Positions 56,545-64,000 of a stretch of 64,000 nt of DNA are shown here, one piece after another; position 1 is the first letter of the stretch; every line of letters starts with the position of its first letter. The stretch comes from Dehalococcoidia bacterium (lineage in GTDB: Bacteria > Chloroflexota > Dehalococcoidia > SM23-28-2 > RBG-16-64-32), in assembly GCA_030649945.1 (NCBI GenBank), contig JAUSFE010000040.1, forward strand, positions 26,266 through 90,265, read 5' to 3'. The notes beneath the pieces were generated by a model. The model was not told the DNA's origin. It was given only the letters and a program-made list of their open reading frames with translations, and made no database searches. Both the position numbers and the translations under genes were made by a program.

Positions 56545-57066
56545 ATGGAAGGTCAAGAGGAGATACCAAGGTGGCAATCATTCGAGGCTCGCGTCGAACA
56601 ACCAAGGCGCCTCGGCTCCATTGTTACCCCCATCGTGATGGCCCTAGGTTGGATGGTGGCGAGGAGCGAAAAAGAGACCCGGACTGTAGCGCTGGAACAG
56701 GAGGCTAGGGAAATGGACGGCACGATTTGCGTCTTCCTGGTTGATCTGCCCCTTCTCACGTTGGTGCTGGCTGTGATCGGCGTCATTGCCTGGAATCGGA
56801 ACGGCGGGGCCATGTCCGTACTGGGCAGGGGTATTCCAATGGACATGAAGTTCGTCGGGATAGCGGCGATGGTCGTCCTGTGGCTGTTGCTGAGCGTGGC
56901 CTCTATGTGTCTCGCCTTTCTCGGTGGCCTGGTGGTCTTCTATGTCCTGCTGTTCTGGCTGGGACACGTGGCTGCCAGCATCGGGGCTGTTCTGATCCTG
57001 ACGTTCCTGGCGTCCATCCCATTCTTCTGGGGGTGGGCGTTGCTCAGATCAGGCGAACAGCGATAG
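56545..57066 (+). CDS. hypothetical membrane protein
   Basis: Start at MEGQEEIPRW after GTGAGG. Four predicted TM helices. Confidence 0.45.
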   Translation: MEGQEEIPRWQSFEARVEQPRRLGSIVTPIVMALGWMVARSEKETRTVALEQEAREMDGTICVFLVDLPLLTLVLAVIGVIAWNRNGGAMSVLGRGIPMDMKFVGIAAMVVLWLLLSVASMCLAFLGGLVVFYVLLFWLGHVAASIGAVLILTFLASIPFFWGWALLRSGEQR

Positions 57067-57114
57067 GCCCGGCAGACGGAACATTGCCCGGAGGCGTGTG
57101 TCAGGAGCGGACAC

Positions 57115-57807
57115 ATGAGCGAGAACGCAAGATCGGGCGAGAGCGGAGTCAGGCTGCGAGTCATGCTTTGCCACGATGTGCCCGTGATGCGCGGTGGACT
57201 GCGGTCCATCATCAACGCCGAGAGGGATATGGAGGTGGTGGCAGAGGCTGACGGCATCACCCAAGCCGTCGATCTGATTGACGAAGCCAGGCCGGAGGTG
57301 ATCGTCACCGACCTCTGCATGGACAACGGCAGTGGGCTCGACGGGATGCGCTCTGTGAAGAACGTGGCCCCATGGCTCCACATACTGGTGCTCGCTGGAC
57401 AGGGGTCAGGTGATCTCTTCCCCATGGCGATGAGAGCCGGAGCCGACGGCTACCTGATGCGGGACGCAGAGCCGACGGAGGTGGTCAACGCCATCCGCTG
57501 CGTGAGCAAGGGCCACAACTACGTCAACGCCTCCATCGTGACCCTGCTGGTGAGCACCTACGTGTGCAAGACACGCCGCGCAGACCTGCGCGATTCATAC
57601 GATCTCCTGAGTGACCGCGAAAGGGAGACCTTGTGCCTGGCAGCCGCCGGCCACACGAACCGTGAGATTGCCGATATCTTGCGCCTGAGTGAGCGCACCA
57701 TTCACAACGTGCGGGCCCGGCTGATGGAGAAGCTGGGCTTTCACGACCGGTTGGAGCTTCTTAAGTATGCCCTTCGGCGCGGCATCATCAGCGCCGGGGA
57801 TATGTGA
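57115..57807 (+). CDS. LuxR-family response regulator-like transcription factor (atypical receiver)
   Basis: REC-like N-domain (VMLCHDVPVMRGGL...VIVTDLCMDNGSGL). C-terminal LuxR HTH LSDRERETLCLAAAGHTNREIADILRLSERTIHNVRARLMEKLG. Confidence 0.75.
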   Translation: MSENARSGESGVRLRVMLCHDVPVMRGGLRSIINAERDMEVVAEADGITQAVDLIDEARPEVIVTDLCMDNGSGLDGMRSVKNVAPWLHILVLAGQGSGDLFPMAMRAGADGYLMRDAEPTEVVNAIRCVSKGHNYVNASIVTLLVSTYVCKTRRADLRDSYDLLSDRERETLCLAAAGHTNREIADILRLSERTIHNVRARLMEKLGFHDRLELLKYALRRGIISAGDM

Positions 57808-57841
57808 CGTGGCCCGGGAGCAACGGGAGGAGTGACTGACA

Positions 57842-58045
57842 ATGGCAATCATCACAACAGCCACGCTGTTTTCGGCCGGCTGCCTGGCGTTGGGCCTCGG
57901 TCTATTCCTGATCGCCGGGTCTGTCCGGAACCTTCATCAGGTCCGGCTCCTGCCCTCAGTTAGTGCCGTCACCGCGGCCGCGTTGGGCGGCGCGCTTCTG
58001 GTGGCGGCAGGCGCCTATGCTGCCCGCCTGGCGGTGCATCTGTAG
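57842..58045 (+). CDS. small hydrophobic protein (2 TM)
   Basis: 67 aa. GGAG 9 nt upstream of the ATG. Lies between the regulator and cytochrome genes. Confidence 0.4.
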   Translation: MAIITTATLFSAGCLALGLGLFLIAGSVRNLHQVRLLPSVSAVTAAALGGALLVAAGAYAARLAVHL

Positions 58046-58070
58046 GTGGAGCTGGGAAGGCAGAGACGCT

Positions 58071-58913
58071 GTGGAACTCAGTCTGAAGTGGCGGATCTCG
58101 GTCGCCCTCGCGGCGGTGGCCACCGCGTGGCTAATCGGCCTCACATCGGCCGGCGCCGACCCGCCCCCGCCGGCGGAGGGCGGCCGTGCTCAGAATGCCC
58201 TCTGCCTCTCGTGTCACGACCACAAGCTGACAGTCGGAGCCAACACCAGCCAAGAGCGGACCGTGGATTCTGTTCAGCGGCAGGGGTTCGACTCCTCCGC
58301 CCACAAGGGAATGGCGTGTGTTGACTGCCATGCTGCGGAGTCTGCTCTGCCCCACGTGCAACGGGAGGGCCCAGGGCTGCCGAATGCCAGTGGCGCCCTC
58401 GCCTGCCGGGAGTGCCACAGCGATGCCTACGAGGGCTTCATGGATGGCCACCACGGGACCATGGTGAACCTGGGCGATGACAGGGCGCCCACGTGCAGCG
58501 ACTGCCACGGCAATACCCACTACCTGCCATTCGTCCAGCAGTGGACAGTGAACGATCGTGCCGAGGCCTGTGCGGAATGCCACTCAGGGGCTACCACCAG
58601 CTTCCTAAATGCTGCGCCGGGCCACAAATCCGCTTCCTCCGGCTTCCTGTCGACGCCCTATTTCGCCGGCATCCTCCTCACGGTCCTGACTACGGCGACC
58701 CTGGCATTCGGCATCATTCACGTGGAACTGGAAATGCTTTCGCTGGCTCGTCCACCGCCTCGGCCGGGGACGCGGGGCAAGGACTACAGGCCATGGCCAC
58801 ACAAGTTAGTCGACACCAGCCGGCAGTCGTGGCGGCGGGGCAGCGGTCAACGACTGAGGACGCAAAGGTCGTCCGCTTCGACACGCACCAACGCATCCAG
58901 CACTTCCTCATGA
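58071..58913 (+). CDS. pentaheme c-type cytochrome with C-terminal membrane anchor
   Basis: Five CxxCH (CLSCH, CVDCH, CRECH, CSDCH, CAECH). N-terminal signal helix. C-terminal helix YFAGILLTVLTTATLAFGII. The last 40 codons overlap the next gene in another frame and look low-complexity. Confidence 0.75.
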   Translation: MELSLKWRISVALAAVATAWLIGLTSAGADPPPPAEGGRAQNALCLSCHDHKLTVGANTSQERTVDSVQRQGFDSSAHKGMACVDCHAAESALPHVQREGPGLPNASGALACRECHSDAYEGFMDGHHGTMVNLGDDRAPTCSDCHGNTHYLPFVQQWTVNDRAEACAECHSGATTSFLNAAPGHKSASSGFLSTPYFAGILLTVLTTATLAFGIIHVELEMLSLARPPPRPGTRGKDYRPWPHKLVDTSRQSWRRGSGQRLRTQRSSASTRTNASSTSS

Positions 58914-59713
58914 TGAGCAGTTTCATCGTGCTCGCGCTCACCGGGCTGCCGCAGAAGTTCAGCGAACTCGGCGTCAGTCAATGGTGGGTGGCAAGCCTCG
59001 GTGGCCTGGAGACCGTCCGCACCATCCATCACGTGGCCGCCTTCATTATGCTCACCGATTGCGCCTACCACCTCAGCTACCTCATGTACCGCATCGGCGT
59101 GCAACGACGCTTCGAGTGCCTCAGGATGGTGCCCACGTTCAAGGACTTGCGCGAGGGCCTTCAGATGATGCTGTACTTCCTGGGCCTGGCGCCTGAGAAA
59201 CCGAAATTCGACCGCTTCAGCTACCTCGAGAAGTTCGACTACTGGGCGGTCTTCTGGGGGATTGTCATCATCGGCGGATCCGGGCTGATCCTGATGTTCC
59301 CCGTGGCTGTGACCAGTCTGATGCCAGGCCAGACGGTGAGTCTCGCTCTCACCCTTCATACCCACGAGGCAATACTGGCTGTGGGTTGGATCCTCATCAT
59401 GCACATGTTCAATGTCCACCTGGCGCCGTGGGTCTTCCCCTTCAACCCGGCCATCTTCACCGGCAAGCTGAGCGCCAGGCGCTACGCCGAGGACCATCCC
59501 CTTGAGTGGGCCCGCCTGGAGGCGGCCGGACGAGCGGCGCCGGCGGCGACGCCCCCGAGGGCGGGTCGACGGCGGCCAGACGCGAGTGAGGGCGCCGCTC
59601 GCAGCGCGGTCGCTCGGAATGCAGCCAGGTGGGTTGGCGGGCTCGTCGGCACCGCCTGGGCGGTGCGGGCCCGGAAGTTTGCGGTTCTGGTTCGAAGGAA
59701 GCTCGTACCATGA
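58793..59713 (+). CDS. b-type cytochrome membrane subunit (FdnI/HydC Ni/Fe-hydrogenase cyt b family)
   Basis: RFDTHQRIQHFLMMSSFIVLALTGL (His ligand in TM1), HHVAAFIM, HTHEAILAVGWILIMH. Four TM. AAGGA SD 9 nt upstream of ATG 58793. Confidence 0.8.
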   Translation: MATQVSRHQPAVVAAGQRSTTEDAKVVRFDTHQRIQHFLMMSSFIVLALTGLPQKFSELGVSQWWVASLGGLETVRTIHHVAAFIMLTDCAYHLSYLMYRIGVQRRFECLRMVPTFKDLREGLQMMLYFLGLAPEKPKFDRFSYLEKFDYWAVFWGIVIIGGSGLILMFPVAVTSLMPGQTVSLALTLHTHEAILAVGWILIMHMFNVHLAPWVFPFNPAIFTGKLSARRYAEDHPLEWARLEAAGRAAPAATPPRAGRRRPDASEGAARSAVARNAARWVGGLVGTAWAVRARKFAVLVRRKLVP

Positions 59714-60807
59714 GGACGCCGACGCTTGTGTCGCTACTCGTGGCCGGCGGCCTCCTGCTGACCGCTTCAGTGGGCTTGTCTGCCGGAAGCAACGATAGTC
59801 CCCCCTCCTTGGAGGCCACTCCCACCCCGACACCCTCGCCGGCCGCTTCCCCGCCCGTTAGCGCGACTCCCGCACCGACCGCCGAGCCTACACCTTCCGC
59901 TTTGACACACCGAAGCACTGTCCGCCAACAGTTCCTCTGCGAGAGCTGCCACCGTCTCGACGGCGGGTGGCTCTTGCCCGACACTCACGCCGCTCTGCAG
60001 GGGCAAGCCTGCGACAGCTGTCACGCGCCGGCGCCAGAGCCGTCGCCGGCCGCGGTCCACTTCGTGCCCGGCGACACTGCCACCCAGGAACTCTGCACGC
60101 TCTGTCACAGCGACCTCGCGCAGCTTGCGCCGCGCCCGCTGGCGCCGCAGATCGCGGCCGCCCAGGCCTGTGACTCGTGCCATCGTGGCAACCAGCGTGC
60201 TGCCCCTCCGGCAGACCACGTGGGGCGGTCCGTGGCGACCTGCTCGCTCTGCCACGAGACACGGACGCTGACCGCCCAGGCCGTGCCTCACAAGGTCAAA
60301 GGGTGGGAGGAGTGCAGCTTCTGCCACGGGGCGGGTCGCCTGGCACCTGTGAAAGGCGGCCACAAAGATCTCAAGGACGAAGAGTGCATCCGATGTCACG
60401 ACGCAGTTCAAGCTCCGCCGGGCATACCAAAGGCGATGCTGGATCACTCCGAGTTGAAAGGCGGGTGCACGTCGTGCCACAGCGAAGGCCTGCTGGCGCC
60501 GCTGCCCGCCGACCACGCGGAACGCACTGACCTGACGTGCGCCCTCTGCCACAGCGCCACCAGCAGGAAAGCCCCCTCGGTGCCTCACTCGCTGATTGGC
60601 CAACGTGCCTGCAGCAGCTGTCATCCATCCGAAACGCTCGCCACACTGCGCGGGCATGCCGATCTTCGCGATGAGGCCTGTGCCGCGTGCCACAGGGAGT
60701 GGCCCACAGGCGTGCCTTTAATACCTCACGCTCTAAGCGGGCGCACAGATTGCACCGATTGCCATGCGCCGGCTCCCCATGCACCCGCGAACGGGCTTGT
60801 GGAGTGA
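59710..60807 (+). CDS. secreted dodecaheme c-type cytochrome (c7/c3-like repeats)
   Basis: Twelve CxxCH motifs, each followed by a distal His in (A/V)P..(P)H spacing. Signal peptide. Pro/Thr/Ser linker. ATGA overlap with the cyt b stop. Confidence 0.85.
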   Translation: MRTPTLVSLLVAGGLLLTASVGLSAGSNDSPPSLEATPTPTPSPAASPPVSATPAPTAEPTPSALTHRSTVRQQFLCESCHRLDGGWLLPDTHAALQGQACDSCHAPAPEPSPAAVHFVPGDTATQELCTLCHSDLAQLAPRPLAPQIAAAQACDSCHRGNQRAAPPADHVGRSVATCSLCHETRTLTAQAVPHKVKGWEECSFCHGAGRLAPVKGGHKDLKDEECIRCHDAVQAPPGIPKAMLDHSELKGGCTSCHSEGLLAPLPADHAERTDLTCALCHSATSRKAPSVPHSLIGQRACSSCHPSETLATLRGHADLRDEACAACHREWPTGVPLIPHALSGRTDCTDCHAPAPHAPANGLVE

Positions 60808-60898
60808 CTCAATGCAAGGAACCTTTGTGTCTTAGTGCCTTCGTGTTTATCCCGGGGAGTCCTCACCAACGAAGACACAAAGACACCAAGGTTGCAGA

Positions 60899-61315
60899 TT
60901 ACTCCCCCGATTCTTCCCTCCCGCCCGAGCGGCGCAGCAGGTCCGGGTCGCTGGCGCGCAGCTTATCGCGGACGGTGCGGCGCACGTGCCCCGCCACCCG
61001 CGCCGCGAACACGCCGGAGTCCGCCTCGCCGTCGCGGATGCGCTCGCAGAGCCGGGCCTCGCGGGCGCGCAGAGCCGCGCGCGCGGCGTCACGGGCCACC
61101 GGGCGGTCCTCCGGGCCCAGGATGGCATCCAGGCCGGCCCATTCGGCGGCCAGGACCTCGTCCTCCAGCTCCAGCTCGCGGCGGATGATGCGGATGGCGT
61201 TGGCAGCCACGCGCGCGTGGAAGCCGCGGGAGCCGGGGACGTTGGGCACGATTTCGGCGTCCAGGAAGTGCTCGATAGCGGCGAGGAGCTCGCCGAAGGC
61301 CGGCCTATCCTGCAT
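60899..61315 (-). CDS. hypothetical protein (DUF6285-like, APH-associated)
   Basis: 138 aa, Arg/Ala/Glu-rich helical. Immediately downstream of a phosphotransferase-family gene, as the DUF6285 proteins I recall from actinobacteria. Confidence 0.45.
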   Translation of the reverse strand: MQDRPAFGELLAAIEHFLDAEIVPNVPGSRGFHARVAANAIRIIRRELELEDEVLAAEWAGLDAILGPEDRPVARDAARAALRAREARLCERIRDGEADSGVFAARVAGHVRRTVRDKLRASDPDLLRRSGGREESGE

Positions 61316-61368
61316 CTAAGCCTCCCTGTTCCGGTAACCAGCTTCTAGCACCAGCCGCCCAATCGATG

Positions 61369-61388
61369 CCCCAGCATTTATGCTGGGG
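61369..61388. repeat. perfect 20-nt palindrome CCCCAGCATTTATGCTGGGG
   Basis: Read directly. Sits in the intra-operon spacer. Confidence 0.7.
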
Positions 61389-61408
61389 TGCTCCCCCCCA
61401 TCAGCCCT

Positions 61409-61598
61409 CATAACCCGTGAAACCCATTTTCTGCCAAACAAACTCCGTGTCCATCTGTGAACCATCTGTGTCCATCTGTGGACCTCGTAACCCGTGAAAC
61501 CCATTTTCTGCCAAACAAACTCTGTGTCCATCTGTGAACCATCTGTGTCCATCTGTGGACCCCGTAACCCGTGAAACCCCTTTTCTGCCAAACAAACT
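61409..61598. repeat. 77-bp tandem repeat (2.5 units) between the APH and DUF6285-like genes
   Basis: Unit taacccgtgaaacccattttctgccaaacaaactccgtgtccatctgtgaaccatctgtgtccatctgtggacctcg. Units differ at 2-3 positions. Confidence 0.75.
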
Positions 61599-61632
61599 CC
61601 GGCCCTTCTTCGTGTCTTTGTGTCTTCGTGGT

Positions 61633-62712
61633 TTATCCCGGCTCCCCCATCAACGCTAACAGCTCCCACTCCGTCTCCGCCGTGCGCCGGCCGATGGCCG
61701 CCAGCTCCAGCGCCCGCCCGGGCGAGAGGGCGGCCCGGGTGGCGGGCTCCAGGTAGGTGCGCGCCTGGCCGATGCAGATGATCCCCCAGCGCAGGTTGCC
61801 GAACAGCTCCCACCAGCGGACGGCCTGCGCGTCCACCCTGCGGCCGCCGGCGGCCTCGTAGGCCTGCCACAGCTCTTCGCGAGTGCCGATGCCACCCGCG
61901 GGCAGGTTGTCGTTGCCGAAGCGCCAGGAGCGCACGCACAACCAGGCCAGGTCCTCCATGGGGTCGCCGATGTGCGCCAGCTCCCAGTCCAGGACAGCGC
62001 GCACACCTTCCGGGCCGAAGATGACGTTGCCGATGCGGTAATCGCCGTGGACCAGGGTGGGGTCGCCGGCCGGCGGCGGGTGACGGCGGAGCCGGCGCAG
62101 CGCCAGCTCGAAGGCGGGATGGGGCTCCGGCGCGATGGCGCGATAGGTCACTTCGTAACGCTCAAGCTCCGTCTCCGCCGGGGACTTGCCCGGCGGGGGA
62201 GACGGCAGGTCGAGCCCCTGCCCGGAGGCCGGCACCCGGTGGATGGCCGCGGCGATGGCGCCGAGCTGCCCCGTCATCACCCCGCGGGCCTGCGCGTATT
62301 CGTCATCGCGGAGAAGGCGGCGGGCGATCGTCTCGCCCTCGACGCGCTCCATGAGAAAGAAGGGCATGCCCAGGGAGTCGTCGCCGATGAGATGCACTTT
62401 GGGCGCCGGCACGCCCGCTGCGGCGGCGGCCTGGAGCAGCGCGAACTCGGTCTCGCGTGACATCAGGTTCTGGGCGCGGCGCGGGTCGCTGCGGCAGACC
62501 AGGGGCAGCGTTTCGGCGCGGCCGTCTGCGTGCTCGATGACGGCGTCGAAGGACCACGTCTGGCGGGAGGCGCCGCCGGTGAGGAGCCGGAGGTCCAGGA
62601 TGCGGACGGCGCGCGCGCCGTGGGAGCGCTGGAGGAAGGCATGGAGCTTCGCGGCCACGTCTGCAGTGTGGTCGGTGCGGGTCGCCGGGGCTGCCGGCCT
62701 GTCCTCAGTCAT
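61633..62712 (-). CDS. phosphotransferase-family protein (APH/choline-kinase fold)
   Basis: Brenner motif HGDYRIGNVIF and DWELAHIGDPMEDLAWL. Confidence 0.8.
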   Translation of the reverse strand: MTEDRPAAPATRTDHTADVAAKLHAFLQRSHGARAVRILDLRLLTGGASRQTWSFDAVIEHADGRAETLPLVCRSDPRRAQNLMSRETEFALLQAAAAAGVPAPKVHLIGDDSLGMPFFLMERVEGETIARRLLRDDEYAQARGVMTGQLGAIAAAIHRVPASGQGLDLPSPPPGKSPAETELERYEVTYRAIAPEPHPAFELALRRLRRHPPPAGDPTLVHGDYRIGNVIFGPEGVRAVLDWELAHIGDPMEDLAWLCVRSWRFGNDNLPAGGIGTREELWQAYEAAGGRRVDAQAVRWWELFGNLRWGIICIGQARTYLEPATRAALSPGRALELAAIGRRTAETEWELLALMGEPG

Positions 62713-62794
62713 GGCGAGTGGTTGTGAGTCTTCGCGCTCACGCTCCGGCGGCGCCGCTGCCCCGCGACTGCGCCCAGGGCGACCAGACCGTAGC

Positions 62795-63772
62795 CTACTG
62801 GATCTGGTCCAGGTACTCGGAGATGCCGATGCCGATGCGGCCCAGGCAGCGGTACTCCGTCATCCCCTCGCCGATGTGCGTCACCTGGCCGGAGCGGCGG
62901 TTGCGCAGCGGGATGAACGAGGTCACCCTGCCCTCCACGACGACGGTCTCGCCGCTGTCCAGCCCCAGGCGCGCCGTCATGCCCGTGTGGTACGGCGAGC
63001 CCGGCTGGAACTGCGAGTCTATGTCCACCTTGACGACGCGGTCCAGTTCGCCGTTGCGGATGACGACGCCGTTCTGCAGGCGCGACTCCGGCGTGGGCGT
63101 GACCTCCGAGACCATGATGTTGAGGTCCGGCCCGAAGGAGCAGGTGAGCCAGCGGTAGGAGTGGATGTTCTGCCAGTAGCGCGGGCCCCAGGAGTGGTCG
63201 CGCAGGCCGAAGCCGTCGATCTGCACGGCCTGGCCGTCAATGGCCACGCTGCCGGTGACGTGCATGTGCTGCTCGTAGTGGGCCCTGGCGAACTCCTTCT
63301 CCGGGTCGGCGACCTCGCGGCCCGCGCCGCTGGTGCCGTAGACAGGGCCCACAGCCTCGTGGACCAGCTCTATGGAGACAGGCTTGTGCGGGTTGCTGCG
63401 GAAGGCCTGGCCCGGATCCGCCAGCTGCGCCGGATCGGTCAGATACACGGCCGTGCCTTCGTAGGTCGTGCGCAGGCGGCGAAGGGGGTCCAGCGTCTCG
63501 AAGCGCATGCCACCGGCATCGTAAGCGTCGTTGTTCGCGATCTCCGGCCGCTTCCAGTTGAAGAGCACCGTACCGTCCGGCTGGTAGAGGACAAGGGTGA
63601 CCTCCGCATAGCCCTCGTTGGCGCGGTTGCCGACGCGCAAGAAGCCGCCGCGGCTGCCGGCGACGTCGAAGAAATTGAAGTACATGCTCTCGTTGAAGTT
63701 CTTCTCGGCGCCCAGCGGGTGGGTGTAGTCGTCGCTGGCCTGGACATCGCCGTAGACGTTGGTCGTCACCAT
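62795..63772 (-). CDS. hypothetical protein
   Basis: Start at MVTTNVYGDV with GGAGG SD. 325 aa. RDHSWGPRYWQ block. No confident family. Confidence 0.5.
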   Translation of the reverse strand: MVTTNVYGDVQASDDYTHPLGAEKNFNESMYFNFFDVAGSRGGFLRVGNRANEGYAEVTLVLYQPDGTVLFNWKRPEIANNDAYDAGGMRFETLDPLRRLRTTYEGTAVYLTDPAQLADPGQAFRSNPHKPVSIELVHEAVGPVYGTSGAGREVADPEKEFARAHYEQHMHVTGSVAIDGQAVQIDGFGLRDHSWGPRYWQNIHSYRWLTCSFGPDLNIMVSEVTPTPESRLQNGVVIRNGELDRVVKVDIDSQFQPGSPYHTGMTARLGLDSGETVVVEGRVTSFIPLRNRRSGQVTHIGEGMTEYRCLGRIGIGISEYLDQIQ

Positions 63773-63833
63773 GGGGCACACCTCCGTGGCTTGGTGGCGC
63801 AAGTATAGCACGCGGAGGGGGCCGGACCGGCAG

Positions 63834-64000
63834 CTAGCCGCCGGGAGCGACCAGGACTTTGTGGCCGCTGCCACGGTCCGTCGCGAGCTGCTCGAACACC
63901 GCCGGCAGCTCCGCCAGAGGAACGGTGCGCGAGATGAGCGGGGCCATGTCCACAGCGCCGGAGACGATGAGATCGCGCGCTTCCCGGAACTCGCTCGTAT
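63834..64000 (-). CDS. C-terminal fragment of a zinc-type (MDR) alcohol dehydrogenase-like protein, partial at window edge
   Basis: ...DLIVSGAVDMAPLISRTVPLAELPAVFEQLATDRGSGHKVLVAPGG* is a typical MDR C-terminus. Confidence 0.5.
   Translation of the reverse strand, partial: TSEFREARDLIVSGAVDMAPLISRTVPLAELPAVFEQLATDRGSGHKVLVAPGG

Noticed and set aside
61409-61598. Possible CRISPR array
   Set aside because: The 37-nt 'repeats' alternate with 40-nt segments that are themselves identical between units, so it is a plain 77-bp tandem duplication. No cas genes nearby.
62186-63808. 540-aa plus-strand ORF
   Set aside because: Antisense to the phosphotransferase gene and the downstream hypothetical gene. 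Arg/Ala/Gly-rich.

Overview
High-GC (roughly 65-70%) bacterial chromosomal segment with dense coding. The SD motifs, the gene families and the Atu/TIGR03084/DUF3631 content suggest an actinobacterial or Chloroflexota-type genome, but I cannot place it firmly.

Core genes (coordinates in the feature list): OmpR-type two-component pair; gap; ffh-rpsP-KH-rimM followed by tRNA-Ala(CGC) and tRNA-Arg(CCT); a GtrA/methyltransferase/GT2/GT-C glycosylation cluster; GH1 beta-glucosidase; tRNA-Trp(CCA); and an Atu/Liu-like acyl-CoA carboxylase operon.

Accessory and unusual content:
(1) A ~7.9 kb integrative element sits in the 3' end of tRNA-Trp (35076-42951). It has a 45-bp att direct repeat, a tyrosine integrase, an excisionase-like HTH, a TOPRIM/DUF3631 primase, an HNH nuclease and an HExxH peptidase, and no structural genes, so it looks satellite/PICI-like.
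(2) Degenerate tRNA-Trp-like att remnants follow it, bracketing a BrnT/RHH toxin-antitoxin pair and a low-GC insertion gene.
(3) A PrdB/GrdB-family selenoprotein candidate (32408-33292) has an in-frame TGA in a UxxC motif and a SECIS-like hairpin 11 nt downstream.
(4) A LuxR-regulated electron-transfer operon encodes a pentaheme cytochrome c, an FdnI/HydC-type cytochrome b and a 12-heme cytochrome c (a split CbcL-like architecture).
(5) A secreted S8 subtilase ends in about 16 tandem AIKWS pentapeptide repeats.
(6) A thrombospondin-type-3 Ca-binding repeat surface protein.
(7) Several dispersed repeat families: a MITE-like ~240-310 bp element, one copy with 29-bp perfect flanking direct repeats; a hairpin plus G-quadruplex repeat; (CCACTAY)n heptamer arrays in two promoter regions; and 77-bp tandem repeats.

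All calls come from reading the translated ORFs and the sequence directly; no database searches were run.
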